Shown here: in pieces, positions 10,955 to 21,612 of the stretch
Layout: every line of letters starts with the position of its first letter
Numbering within the stretch: the stretch's first letter is position 1
Assembly (NCBI GenBank): GCA_963716175.1
Contig: OY970296.1
Location: forward strand, 2,016,001 to 2,080,000
Reading direction: 5' to 3'
Source of the DNA: an uncultured Armatimonadetes bacterium
GTDB taxonomy: Bacteria > Armatimonadota > Hebobacteria > Hebobacterales > Hebobacteraceae
DNA length: 64,000 bases
Translations under genes and position numbers: made by a program
Notes under the pieces: generated by a model
What the model was told of the DNA's origin: nothing
Databases searched by the model: none
The model's input: the letters and a program-made list of their open reading frames with translations, nothing else

Positions 10955-11016
10955 CCCGCTCCTCCAAGAGCCAGCCTGAAGGCGACTGCCGAGCCGACGG
11001 GGTGAACGACTGGAGA

Positions 11017-11226
11017 GCCGTGGCAGCCGGCCTGAGGGCACCCCCGACTCCGGTTATCCCCTTGGTTTGGGGTCAGTGTAGGTGGTTTCGTCGCGGAGGC
11101 GGTGGCGTAGCAGTAGCGGGCGCGGTCTGGTACCGAAGCTGCCGCGGGGTAGGTGCCCGGTCATACCGGACCGATGGCGGTAGCCGTCCTTGCGCCGGAG
11201 CCAGATGAGTTTCTGGACACCACGCG
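11017..11226 (+). repeat. Dispersed element, near full length with diverged middle
   Basis: GCCTGAGGGCACCCCCGACTCCGG... and 3' GGAGCCAGATGAGTTTCTGGACAC. Confidence 0.8.
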
Positions 11227-11485
11227 CTTCTCGGTACGCGGCATTGCGCTGTTGGTGAATCGGTATCTGCGGGCGGCCGGCATCACCGATCGCTCCGGCC
11301 CCCACCTGCTGCGCCACACCTTCGCCACCCACGCCCTGCGCGCCCGGCCCAATCTCCGGGCGGTGCAGGAACTGCTGGGCCACGCCTGGGTGACCACCAC
11401 CCAGCGCTACACCCATCTGGAGGTCGAGGATCTACAGGCTCAGGTCGCTGATCTGCCGGCGAACCAGATCCACAGCGCCTCCTAG
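11224..11485 (+). pseudogene. C-terminal fragment of a XerC/XerD-type tyrosine recombinase
   Basis: [11 protein letters not shown]...VQELLGHA...TTQRYTH catalytic box; the N-terminal two thirds are missing. Confidence 0.9.
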
Positions 11486-11787
11486 TCAAAGGTGAGTGCC
11501 GACCGAGTCTCGTTCCTCCCCCTGTGACGCAGGTGGACAGCCGGCCAACCTGCCCATTGCCCTTCTAGCCACTGGGTGGTAGACTGGCCGGCGTTGAGCT
11601 GGCTTCTCCGCGGCGTTGGAGAGCCACGCCCTATGAGCGGGGGCGACCAGGCCGAGTCCCCTTCCGCCCACAACCGCGTTCCTGCGCCAGATGGGCCCAT
11701 CGCATCCCTACGCAGCCCAAACGCACCACCCTCTCATGCCCACCGACGCAGCTCATGGCTTGGCCATGCCGTGAAGGAGGCGTGAGG

Positions 11788-14265
11788 ATGAAGTGGACAT
11801 GGTGGCTCGGTGTTGGGCAGGAGCGCAACTCCTGCCATCTGGCCTGCCTGCTGCTTCTCGCCTGGGCCATAGGCTGGACCACTGGCGCAAGCTCACTCGC
11901 TCGTGCCGAGGACATCCGGTTTGGCAACTCCCTCATCTCCGTCACCTTCGACACCGACTCCGCGCTCTTCACCGTCACCGACCTACGCAACGGGCTGGTA
12001 TACGAGCAGGACGGGTCCTTCGGTGTCCCTGTCCTGACTGAATCGCAGGCGGGGGCCGACGGCGCGAGCATGACGGCCAGTCTGTGGGACGGGTACACTC
12101 AGCTTCAGCTCCAGCTCCACGCGGTGACCCCGCCCGGCGTGCCCGAGGTTCGCTGCGAGATCGCCAGCACAGGCCCACTGGAAGCCAGCTGGCTGCCCTA
12201 CCCTGCGCCCTTCGCATCGCAGGCTGGGGATTTCCTGGTCGTGCCCCTGGGCGAGGGGATCATGTATCCCGCGGATGACACCTCCGTCGAGGAGCAGGAC
12301 TTCGCGCTCCACTGCGGATGGAAGATGTCCATGCCCTGGTGCGGCCTCTGCCGCGGCGAGAATGGACCGGGGGCGATGACGATCATCGAGACGCCCGATG
12401 ACGCATGCCTCATGATGAATCGAGCATCCAGCGGCCGGCTTGAGGTGCGCCCTGTTTGGTTCGCCTCCCGCGGGGACTTCTCGTATACCCGGACCCTCAG
12501 GTACGTCTTCACGACCGCGGGCGGCTACGTGTCCCAGGCGAAGCGTTACCGCCAGCACGCCCAGGAGACAGGGTTGTTCAAGTCCCTCGCCGAGAAGCGC
12601 GCCGAGAACCCGAACGTGGACCTGCTGATCGGCGCGGCGAATGTGTGGACGCTCGGGGGCGACTGGGATACGGTTGCCACCACGAAGGAGCTGCAGTCGC
12701 TCGGCATGGAGCGGATCCTCTACAGCGCGGGCTACTGGCCGGCGACGATACCCACCCTCAACGCTATGCCTGGGGTGCTCACCGGCATCTACGACATCTA
12801 CCAGGACGTGTGGCCGCCTGACCAGCCGTCCTGGGCGGCCCACGAGGGTTGGCCGGAAGACCTCGTGTGGGGGCCTGATCTCCAGCCCGTCCAGGGATGG
12901 GTGATCATTGACGGTGACAACAGCTATCCGGGCGGCGTGGTCTGCACGAAGCAGCAGATCGCCCATGCCCAGGCCCGGATCCCAGCAGACCTGGCCGCGA
13001 CCCCCTACCGCGCCCGGTTCATAGATACCACCTGCGCCTCTCCCTGGCGCGAGTGCTACAACCCCGACCATCCGGTGTCCCGGAGCGAGGACCGCTCCTG
13101 GCGGATGGAGCTGCTTCGTTACACCTCCGAGGACATGGGGATGGTGACGGGGACCGAGAGCGGCATCGATCCCTCCGTACCCTATACTGATTACTATGAG
13201 GGTATGCTCTCGCTGGGTCCCTATCGAGTCCCGAATGCGGGATATAACATGTGGGACTACGCCCCGCCTACGCCGGAGCTCCTGAAGTACCAGGTGGGGC
13301 CGTACTACCGCGTGCCTCTCTGGGAACTGGTCTATCACGACTGCACGGTCGCGATGTGGTACTGGGGAGACTCGTCCAACAAGATCCCTGAAGTATGGGA
13401 CCAGCGGGACCTGATCAATGTGCTGTATGGAACGCCGCCGCTGTTCATGATGACCCCTGAGATACTGAGCACATATAAGACCAGATTCGTGCAGTCCTAT
13501 CGCGCGACCTGTCCGGCCGCGCGTACGCTGGGCTATGAGCAGATGGTGTCGCACGAGTTCCTCACTCAGGATCACACGCTACAGCGCAGCACGTGGGCCA
13601 ACGGCACCACCATCACCGTGAACTTCGCCGATACCGCGCAGGCGCTGCCGGAAGGCGGCACCATCGGTCCGAAGGCATACGTGGTGCGAGCGACGGTCTT
13701 CTTCGATACCCCCTCCGACTTCTGGGCCTATGCTCACATCACCGCCTGCGCGGCGGCCGGCATCGTGAAGGGCTACTCCGACGGCCTGTACCATCCTGAG
13801 TATCCGGTCACCCGCGACCAGATGGCGGTCTACATCGCCCGCAGCCTGGTGGGTCCCTCTGGTGATGCCGCCATCCCCGACCCAACACCCCCTCCCAGCT
13901 TCTCCGATGTTCCCTCCACCCATTGGGCCTACGAGCACATCGAGTACGCGGTCAGCCAGAACGTGGTCAAGGGCTATGACGACGGCACTTACAAGCCGGA
14001 CCTGGTGGTGGACCGGGGCCAGATGGCGGCGTTCGTCGCCCGTGCCATGGTCACCCCCAGCGGCGACGTCGGCATCCCCGACCCAGTGCCTCCAGCCACC
14101 TTCTCCGACGTGCCCAGCGACTTCTGGGCCTACAAGCAGGTGGAGTACTGCGTCGGGCAGGGAGTGGTGAAGGGCTACGACGACGGGCTGTACCATCCGG
14201 AGTGGGTGGTGACGCGAGACCAGATGGCAGTGTACATCTGCCGGGCATTCCAGTTGCCGATGTAG
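11788..14265 (+). CDS. Secreted glycoside hydrolase (GH129/DUF5696-like) with three C-terminal SLH domains
   Basis: Signal peptide, FIDTT and GTESG motifs, three F.DVP..FWAY...GY.DG.Y.P...VTR.QMA repeats. Confidence 0.85.
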   Translation: MKWTWWLGVGQERNSCHLACLLLLAWAIGWTTGASSLARAEDIRFGNSLISVTFDTDSALFTVTDLRNGLVYEQDGSFGVPVLTESQAGADGASMTASLWDGYTQLQLQLHAVTPPGVPEVRCEIASTGPLEASWLPYPAPFASQAGDFLVVPLGEGIMYPADDTSVEEQDFALHCGWKMSMPWCGLCRGENGPGAMTIIETPDDACLMMNRASSGRLEVRPVWFASRGDFSYTRTLRYVFTTAGGYVSQAKRYRQHAQETGLFKSLAEKRAENPNVDLLIGAANVWTLGGDWDTVATTKELQSLGMERILYSAGYWPATIPTLNAMPGVLTGIYDIYQDVWPPDQPSWAAHEGWPEDLVWGPDLQPVQGWVIIDGDNSYPGGVVCTKQQIAHAQARIPADLAATPYRARFIDTTCASPWRECYNPDHPVSRSEDRSWRMELLRYTSEDMGMVTGTESGIDPSVPYTDYYEGMLSLGPYRVPNAGYNMWDYAPPTPELLKYQVGPYYRVPLWELVYHDCTVAMWYWGDSSNKIPEVWDQRDLINVLYGTPPLFMMTPEILSTYKTRFVQSYRATCPAARTLGYEQMVSHEFLTQDHTLQRSTWANGTTITVNFADTAQALPEGGTIGPKAYVVRATVFFDTPSDFWAYAHITACAAAGIVKGYSDGLYHPEYPVTRDQMAVYIARSLVGPSGDAAIPDPTPPPSFSDVPSTHWAYEHIEYAVSQNVVKGYDDGTYKPDLVVDRGQMAAFVARAMVTPSGDVGIPDPVPPATFSDVPSDFWAYKQVEYCVGQGVVKGYDDGLYHPEWVVTRDQMAVYICRAFQLPM
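13697..14262 (+). repeat. Three tandem ~200-bp SLH-encoding repeats
   Basis: Recurrent AAGGGCTA..ACGG..TAC..CC and CAGATGGC blocks inside the CDS. Confidence 0.85.
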
Positions 14266-14317
14266 GCGGCCGCGGCGGGATGACGAGCGCCCCAAAACAC
14301 TGAGACGGAGGTGTGTG

Positions 14318-15562
14318 ATGACAGTCTCGAACTGGTTGCAGAGGCATGCGGTCATTCTCGCGGTTATGGCAGGTGGTCTACTCGTGGCCCCGCAGGCGAG
14401 GGCGAGCGCCGCCACAGGGCAGCACCCGAAGGTCGAAGGGCCCGTTGCTGTTCTTCCTCTGGTATCCTGGGAGCACCCGTACCGGGTCACGGGCCTGCCC
14501 GCCGAGCGCAGGACGTGGCAGGATGACGTAGACGAAGTCGCTCAGTTCATGTACTACCACTATGTTTGGGAGAAGAAACCGCGGCCCGAGCCTGGGCCGA
14601 TTTCGGCCGTCTGGATGGATGTGGCGCAGATCCCCGGCGACCTGATACACGCGCAGGGGATCGAGCTCGTTACGAGGGAGAAACTTGATGCTGCCATTTC
14701 CCAGTACATGCCGGCGCTCTGGGACCTGGATAACAGGACGCCCGAGAAGATCGCCGCTCTCGCGGCTGGCACGGGTGCTCAACATGTCATCATGGTCGAA
14801 CTCCTACCATCGAGGTTCTCCGTCCGCATGAACTTCGGCGACTGGCTCACCTTCCAAGCGGCAGCGCCTCAACTGGTGCACGTGGTCGCGAGAGTCGAGG
14901 TCTATGACCGCGCGGGCCGGTCGGAATCCGCGTGTGCAGCGGTCGGACAGGCCAAGAGGGACGCAGAGGTCGATGCCTGGCGCAGCGCTATCTGGCAGGC
15001 CCTCACGCCTTGGCTGGGTCTTCCCATGGACACTCCGCTGCCCCCGGGGCCTGAGCGCTCCGACCCGGATGCGGGAGGCATAGTATATGGACCAGAGAAG
15101 CTCGCCCGCCTCGATCCAGTGCTAGTTGCGCGCGGGACCAAGGTGGGGATCGCCGTTTTCTCCGTGAACCCTGATCAGCACAACTGGAACGCGAAAAAGT
15201 TCACCGGCAGGTTGCCGGGAAGACTCGCCGACTACTGGAGGAGCCGGGGGCTGTCGGTTGTAGAGCTGCCGTCACCCGTGGCGGGCGCTCGCGAGCTCGG
15301 CAGCACATCTGCCGAACACCGGACCGCGGCCAGACTTGCGGATCTGGGCAGGTCTCGCGGCGTATCAACCGTAGTGTGCGCCGAAGTGCTCGGCGCGTAT
15401 AGCTTCAACCCGAAGAAGGGAAGGGCATCAGGTCCCTACTACGTCGTTCTGGCGACTGTCGTGGACGTGGCCTCGGGCAACTCGGCCAAGCGCGTCGCCG
15501 GGACCGAGGAACGAGGCGCCTCCATCGAAGAACAAATCTACAGTCTCCTCAGAGTGGAGTAG
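14318..15562 (+). CDS. Exported hypothetical protein with two alpha/beta domains
   Basis: GGAGG RBS, signal peptide, long clean ORF. Confidence 0.75.
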   Translation: MTVSNWLQRHAVILAVMAGGLLVAPQARASAATGQHPKVEGPVAVLPLVSWEHPYRVTGLPAERRTWQDDVDEVAQFMYYHYVWEKKPRPEPGPISAVWMDVAQIPGDLIHAQGIELVTREKLDAAISQYMPALWDLDNRTPEKIAALAAGTGAQHVIMVELLPSRFSVRMNFGDWLTFQAAAPQLVHVVARVEVYDRAGRSESACAAVGQAKRDAEVDAWRSAIWQALTPWLGLPMDTPLPPGPERSDPDAGGIVYGPEKLARLDPVLVARGTKVGIAVFSVNPDQHNWNAKKFTGRLPGRLADYWRSRGLSVVELPSPVAGARELGSTSAEHRTAARLADLGRSRGVSTVVCAEVLGAYSFNPKKGRASGPYYVVLATVVDVASGNSAKRVAGTEERGASIEEQIYSLLRVE

Positions 15563-15683
15563 CCGGGCCAGAAACAGAGAGATCTCCTCTCCGGGGAAGG
15601 GACGGCTAGTTGATATGGGGGATCCTGACTCAGTTGACGCTGACGCTGGCACCCCATCCGAATAGCCGCATGGAGGTCAAGCG

Positions 15684-16675
15684 ATGACAGGCTGGCAGAG
15701 AGTCTGTGTTGTGACCGTAATGCTCGTCCTGGTGGTCTCCGCTGTCTGGGCGGCGGAGAGGCCGGCGGAGCGCGTTTCCCCGCGCCCCAGGTGAACCCCG
15801 CGGCCGTGGTATGGCGGACACCCGAACCGCCACCTGACGCGCAGGCTGGTGATGTCTGGGTCAGCCCGAAGGACGGGGCGGAGATGGTGTACGTGCCCGC
15901 GGGGGAGTTCACGATAGGCAGCACGGACGCCGAGATTGCGGCCCTGCTGAAGGCGTACCCCAATGCGAAGGCGGGGTTGTTTGCCGACGAGCAGCCGCAG
16001 TTCCTCGCCCACCTTCCCGGCTACTGGATAGACAAGTGTGAGGTAACGGTGGCCCGCTACAGGAAGTTCTGCAAGGAGACGGGGCGGGAGATGCCGCCCG
16101 CGCCGCAGTGGGGCTGGCAGGACGATCATCCCATCGTCTTTGTCACCTGGGACGATGCTGCGGCCTATGCCAAGTGGGCGGGGAAGCGGCTGCCGACGGA
16201 GCTGGAGTGGGAGAAGGCGGCCCGGGGCACCGACGGGCGCAAGTATCCCTGGGGGAGCCAGTGGCCGCCTCCTGCCGGCAGCGGGAACTTCGCCGACGAG
16301 GCATTCACGCGGAAGGAGCCTGATCTCGCCCGCTTCTTCGCCGGGCTGGGCACCCCTCCGTTGAGCGGCTACGATGACGGGTACGCGTGGACCGCTCCGG
16401 TGGGGAAGTTCCCAGGTGGGGTCAGCCCGTTCGGGGCCCTAGACATGGCGGGGAACGTGTGGGAATGGTGTGCGGACTGGTATGACAAGGATGCGTACAA
16501 GCGCTACGCGAAGGGAAACCTCACACCTCCCGCAAGTGGAACCTTCATGGTGCTTCGGGGCGGGCACTGGCTCCCCGGCGCTCCGGCGTTCTTCCGATGT
16601 GCCCGCCGCAGTAACGACGCCCCCGGTGCCCGCGGCAGCGGCTTCGGCTTCCGTTGTGTGCGAGGACCCGGATGA
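15684..16675 (+). pseudogene. FGE-sulfatase (SUMF1/CLec-fold) protein; signal peptide is out of frame by a frameshift near 15770
   Basis: RLPTELEWEKAARG, DMAGNVWEW and GFRC motifs; RBS and ATG at 15684 encode a signal peptide in another frame. Confidence 0.8.
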
Positions 16676-17434
16676 AGGTGTGCGTGTTAAGTGGGCGTGG
16701 GACACCGGTTTGGGTGCCAGGACCAGCGGCATCACCTCGTGAGCAGCAGTACGACGACCGCGAGAGCGCAGAAGACGGGACGGGGCCGAGTCATCGAGGC
16801 GTGCGGTGGCGCGGAAGAGGTCACGAAGGCCCGCCGGCACGCGCTCGACGCGGAACCGAAGCGTATTCGATTGGCGAGTGGTTCAGGCGGCGAGCCGGTA
16901 GGCGGTGAGGCGGGTGCGGGCGAAGACGCGGCGCTCGATGTTCAACGGGAGTGTCTTCGCCGACTTCTCCAGCTTGGTCCACCGCCCGCCACAATGGGTC
17001 ATGCCAGCCATCGGACGAGAGAGCATGTTTCGGGACTGGTATGTCCTAAGCAAACGTTACTCAGGATCGAACCCTCGGACCTCGTCCACATCTGGAGACG
17101 GTTAGATCCCGGGTAGCGCTTCCTCCACCATTCATCGGCGGTCGAAACGCCAATCCGCCGTTCTCTCGATCCTCGCGCCGTCGCGTGTTGCCGCCCGTTC
17201 TGGCACCTGTTGCATATTCCGACCGAAACCGGCCGGCCATTCCGATTGAATCCGGCCACTGATTCCGATCCAATCCGGCCACCGATTCCGGGGGAAAGCG
17301 GCCACCCATTCCGGGCGAATCCGCCCGAGGCGGACAAGTCCGGCCAGGGCTGGAGTGAGGCGCGACGCGGGATAATCGACCAAGCGTAGGGTAAGCTGGA
17401 CCTCTTTGGTTGGCATGAAGACCAGGAGGTGCAG

Positions 17435-19015
17435 ATGCCCAGGGAGCGATTATCCATGCGTACCATCAGAGAAGTGCTGCGGCTGCGCTGGGAGGCGGGG
17501 CTGTCGCAGCGAGAGATCGGCATCAGCTGTCGGCTGGGCCGGAGCACGGTGCGGGACTACCTGCTGCGGGCGGAGGCGGCGGGGCTGAGCTGGCCCCTGC
17601 CCGAAGGGGTAGACGAAGAGGCGCTGGAGCGGCTGCTCTTCCCACCTCCGCCTGACGCGGTGCGTCACCGTCCCCTGCCGGACTGGGCGGCGCTGCATCA
17701 GGAGCTGCGGCGCAAGGGGATGACCCTGGGGCTGCTCTGGCAAGAGTATCGGGCAGCGCACCCGGATGGCTACGGCTACAGCCAATTCTGCGCCCGCTAT
17801 CATCAGTGGGCCAATACCCTGGAGCCGGTGCTGCGTCAGCACTATGTGGCCGGCGAGAAGCTGCTGGTGGACTACGCCGGTCAGACTGTGCCCGTGGTCG
17901 ACCGGCATACCGGGGAGGTGCGCCAGGCGCAGATCTTCGTCGCCGTGCTGGGGGCGAGCAATTACACCTATGTCGAAGCCACCTGGACCCAGGGGCTGGC
18001 GGACTGGATCGGCTCGCACCGGCGCTGCCTGGAATTCCTGGGCGGGGTGCCGGCGCTGATCATCCCGGATAACATCAAGTCCGGCGTCACCTCCCCCTGT
18101 TTCTACGATCCCGATCTCAACCGGACCTACCAGAAGCTGGCGGAGCACTACGGCGCCGCCGTAGTGCCGGCCAGAATCCGCCGTCCCCGCGACAAGGCCA
18201 AAGCCGAAGCTGGCGTCCAGGGAGCAGAGCGCTGGATACTGGCGCGGCTGCGGCATCGGCGCTTCTTCTCCTTGGGGGAGCTGAACGAAGCCCTCCGGGA
18301 GCTGCTGGCGGAGTACAATCGCCGCCCCTTCCAGAAGCTGGAGGGCTGCCGGGAATCGCTCTTCCTCACTCTCGATCGGCCCGCCCTCCGGCCCCTGCCC
18401 GCGCACCCCTACGAGTACGCCCAGTGGAAGAAAGCGAGGGTCAACATCGACTACCATGTGGAGGTGGATCGGCACTGGTACTCGGTGCCCCATACCCTGA
18501 TCCGCCAGCAAGTGGAGGTGTGCCTGAGCGCCCGCACCGTGGAGATCCTCCACAAAGGCAGGCGGGTGGCCTCTCACCTGCGCTCATTCCAACAGGGCCG
18601 GCACACCACGGTGCTGGAGCACATGCCCCGCCACCACCGGGAGTATGTGCAGTGGAGTCCCGAGCGCCTGATCCGCTGGGCCGAGCAGACTGGCCCTGCC
18701 GCCACTCAGGCGGTGGAGCGGATACTGGCCTCCCGCGCTCACCCCGTCCAGGGCTACCGGGCCTGTCTGGGCATCCTGCGGCTCGGCCGACAGCACGGAG
18801 CGGCACGGCTGGAGGCGGCCTGTGTCCGCGCCCTGGTGCTAAACGCGCTCAGCTACAAGAGCATTGACTCCATCCTCAAACACGGGCTGGAGAGCCAGCC
18901 TCTACCCACGGCCACTGCTCCGCACGCACCGATTCGGCACGCCCATATCCGGGGCGCGCAGTACTACTATCCCGAGGAGGATACCACCCATGCTGCATCA
19001 GCCGACGCTGGATAA
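17435..19015 (+). CDS. istA: IS21 DDE transposase
   Basis: N-terminal HTH; VDYAG, PDNIKS and PRDKAKAE motifs. Confidence 0.97.
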   Translation: MPRERLSMRTIREVLRLRWEAGLSQREIGISCRLGRSTVRDYLLRAEAAGLSWPLPEGVDEEALERLLFPPPPDAVRHRPLPDWAALHQELRRKGMTLGLLWQEYRAAHPDGYGYSQFCARYHQWANTLEPVLRQHYVAGEKLLVDYAGQTVPVVDRHTGEVRQAQIFVAVLGASNYTYVEATWTQGLADWIGSHRRCLEFLGGVPALIIPDNIKSGVTSPCFYDPDLNRTYQKLAEHYGAAVVPARIRRPRDKAKAEAGVQGAERWILARLRHRRFFSLGELNEALRELLAEYNRRPFQKLEGCRESLFLTLDRPALRPLPAHPYEYAQWKKARVNIDYHVEVDRHWYSVPHTLIRQQVEVCLSARTVEILHKGRRVASHLRSFQQGRHTTVLEHMPRHHREYVQWSPERLIRWAEQTGPAATQAVERILASRAHPVQGYRACLGILRLGRQHGAARLEAACVRALVLNALSYKSIDSILKHGLESQPLPTATAPHAPIRHAHIRGAQYYYPEEDTTHAASADAG

Positions 19016-19760
19016 ACTGCAGGAGCTGAAGCTCGCCGGAATGCTGCGCGCCTACCAGGAACAGGAGCAGCTCCCTGATTGTCAGGCCTTGAGCTTCGAG
19101 GAGCGGCTCGGACTGCTGGTGGATCGCGAGCTTACCGAGCGGGCCAACCGAAGACTGGCCATGCGCCTGCGCTTCGCCCGGCTTCGTCAGGAAGCATGCC
19201 TGGAAGACATCGACTTCCGCCACCCCCGGGGGCTGGATCGCTCCGTGCTGCTGTCCCTGGCCGACTGCCGCTGGATCGCCCACCACGATAACTGTGTGAT
19301 CGTGGGACCGACCGGGGCCGGGAAGACCTACGTCGCTTGCGCGCTGGCCCAGCAAGCCTGTCGGGAGGGCTACTCCGTGCGCTATCTGCGCTTACCGCGG
19401 CTGCTCTCCGAGCTGGCCATCGCCCGCGGCGACGGCCGCTATCCCAGAGTGCTGGTCTCCCTGGTCCGGATGGATCTGATCGTGCTCGACGACTGGGGCA
19501 CCGCCGCCCTGGCCCCGGAGCAGTGTCGGGAACTGCTGGAGATCCTGGAGGACCGCTACCAGCGCCGATCCACCCTGGTCGCCTCTCAACTGCCGGTCGC
19601 CAACTGGCACGAGTACCTGGGCGACCCCACCCTCGCTGACGCCATCCTGGACCGGCTGGTCCACAACGCCCACACCATCACCCTGAAAGGGGAGTCCATG
19701 CGAAAACGCAATAAGCCCTTGCCGACGAGCGAGAAAACGGGTACAACAGGGACCAAGTGA
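18990..19760 (+). CDS. istB: IS21 helper ATPase
   Basis: GPTGAGKT Walker A, VLDDWG Walker B, ADAILDRLVH. Confidence 0.97.
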   Translation: MLHQPTLDKLQELKLAGMLRAYQEQEQLPDCQALSFEERLGLLVDRELTERANRRLAMRLRFARLRQEACLEDIDFRHPRGLDRSVLLSLADCRWIAHHDNCVIVGPTGAGKTYVACALAQQACREGYSVRYLRLPRLLSELAIARGDGRYPRVLVSLVRMDLIVLDDWGTAALAPEQCRELLEILEDRYQRRSTLVASQLPVANWHEYLGDPTLADAILDRLVHNAHTITLKGESMRKRNKPLPTSEKTGTTGTK

Positions 19761-20268
19761 ACGACCCCGCGTCGTCGCTTCGCTCCGACCCAGCGGGCCG
19801 GCCGCTTTCAATCGGAATGGCCGGCCGGTTTCCTTCGGAACGCGTGGCCGCTTTCATCGGAATGCGCAACCTGTAGCGCCCTTCTGGCGATTCGGCTCTC
19901 CCCAGACCATCTGACGGATTGGGTACTGGGACCCCCACTTCCACCACCGGAAACGGCCTTTCGGCTTCTCTTTCTCTGTTTCCATCGGACTTCTGCAATC
20001 CGTCCGATGATAGAGAATCGGCGAGGATGCCCTAGGAGAGTCTAGCTTGAGGCCGCCGAAATCAGGGTTCTATTCCCAAGCGGAGTAGGACACACCGGTC
20101 GCGAACTCCCACCGCCGTCCGCTGATAGAGAAAGTGAGCAATCCGCTTGCTTCTTTGAAGGGCTTATTTCCCCAGGGCCCGCCCACTCCACGGTGACTCT
20201 CAACGGTGTCTCATCGCCATCTATGACGCGCATCTGATCCCACAGGTGGACTCTGTGGGACACCACGA

Positions 20269-21351
20269 TCAGTTGGAGTAGCGCCTTCCTTCGTCCAGCA
20301 TCGCCAAGTAATTCTGGAGAGGGATGTAGTTGGCCACCGAGTTGCCTGTGCCCAGGCAGTAACCGCCTCCTTGCAGACAGACATCCAGCGTCTCCCGGAC
20401 CCGCCAGCGCACCGCCTCCTCATCGGCCCGGCAGAGAAAGTCAACGTCTATCCCCCCTATCAGAGATAGGCGATCCCCCCAGTGGTGCTTTGCCTGCGTA
20501 ACCGGCTCGATCGCATCCTCGAACGAGTGCTTCCCGTCCAGCTTCACCTCCTCGATGAAGCTGGGCATCAGGGCCTCGAGGTTGCCGCAGGCATGGAGAA
20601 GGTAGAGCTTCTTGTGTTGGTGTGCGATCTCCGCACTGCGCTGATGCCAGACCAGGGACTTCTCCCTGAGAATGCGCGACGAGATCAGGGGACCGGTGCG
20701 GTATCCCATGTCGTCCATGCTGAACACGATCGCAACACGCTCGAATCGCATCAACTGCTCGCACCAGCCTTCGCACATGAGTCCGGCTCGCGCGAAGAGC
20801 ATATCGACCAACTCCGGGTCGTCGTGGAGCGCGTAGCACAGGTGCTCGTATCCCATGAGGCCGAAAACCCACTCGAAGGGCCCGAAGATGGGTACCACTA
20901 GGCACATGTCGTCGGGGAGGTGCCGGGAAAGCCATTCGATCCTCGAGGTATCGGCGGCCGCGGGATCGGGCCAGGGATAGCGCTCGGCATCATCTTTGCT
21001 GCGGACCGGGCCCACGTGATAGTCCGTCCAACTGCGTCCACGTGATCGCGGCAGCTCTGCCGTGTCGCCGGCCACCAGGAAGTTCTCGCGCGGCCCCCCG
21101 GTATTCCCCAGCCAGGCGGTGACGTAGTCATAGCCCAGGAAGCGGTGGATGCGGATGCTCTGCCAGCCCCAGTAGTCGGGGTCACCCCGTCGGAGGTCTC
21201 CTTCGAGATCGAAGCGCTCCCAGATCGCTTGCTCGATCTCCCCGTCCCAGAAGAGCTCCATGAAATGCACCCGTGATGGAGTTCCTTCTCGGCGGAGGTT
21301 TCTCAGTAACCCCTCATAGTCGGTTCTCAGCGGCAACTCCAGCATCGCCAT
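20269..21351 (-). CDS. Uroporphyrinogen decarboxylase-family protein
   Basis: DDMGYRTG, LHACGN, LIGGIDV and LGTGNSV motifs. Confidence 0.9.
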   Translation of the reverse strand: MAMLELPLRTDYEGLLRNLRREGTPSRVHFMELFWDGEIEQAIWERFDLEGDLRRGDPDYWGWQSIRIHRFLGYDYVTAWLGNTGGPRENFLVAGDTAELPRSRGRSWTDYHVGPVRSKDDAERYPWPDPAAADTSRIEWLSRHLPDDMCLVVPIFGPFEWVFGLMGYEHLCYALHDDPELVDMLFARAGLMCEGWCEQLMRFERVAIVFSMDDMGYRTGPLISSRILREKSLVWHQRSAEIAHQHKKLYLLHACGNLEALMPSFIEEVKLDGKHSFEDAIEPVTQAKHHWGDRLSLIGGIDVDFLCRADEEAVRWRVRETLDVCLQGGGYCLGTGNSVANYIPLQNYLAMLDEGRRYSN

Positions 21352-21612
21352 CTCCTCCGTGCCAGCGTCTTGATCGCAGTGCACCTTCTGTAGTCTGACG
21401 CACCCAGGTGGCCACAGGCCCCAGTCCTGGGCATCCTCGGGGCCGACTCCTCGGGTCCTGGGGACTGCCGATGACCGCGGTGCTGTCATCTGGAGCTGCT
21501 CGTCGGCACAGAGACATCAGGCCATAGGCCTCGCGGCACGCTGGCAACAGCGCTCGCCTGACTTCGCTGGCGGCACCGATGAGCAATACCTTCAGCTCCG
21601 TCGTCTGTCAGC

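Larger units (their letters stand above)
17211..19868 (+). mobile_element. IS21-family insertion sequence, intact
   Basis: Ends TGCATATTCCGA / TCGGAATGCGCA, multiple subterminal repeats, 6-bp target duplication ACCTGT at 17205-17210 and 19869-19874. Confidence 0.97.

Noticed and set aside
11983-13575. Long antisense ORFs (also 27458-28972, 53561-55231, 61122-62720 and others)
   Set aside because: These are shadow frames of well-supported genes in high-GC DNA and carry no motifs.
21430-21480. Possible further copy of the element
   Set aside because: Only GGAGTCGG-level similarity, which is expected by chance at this GC content.
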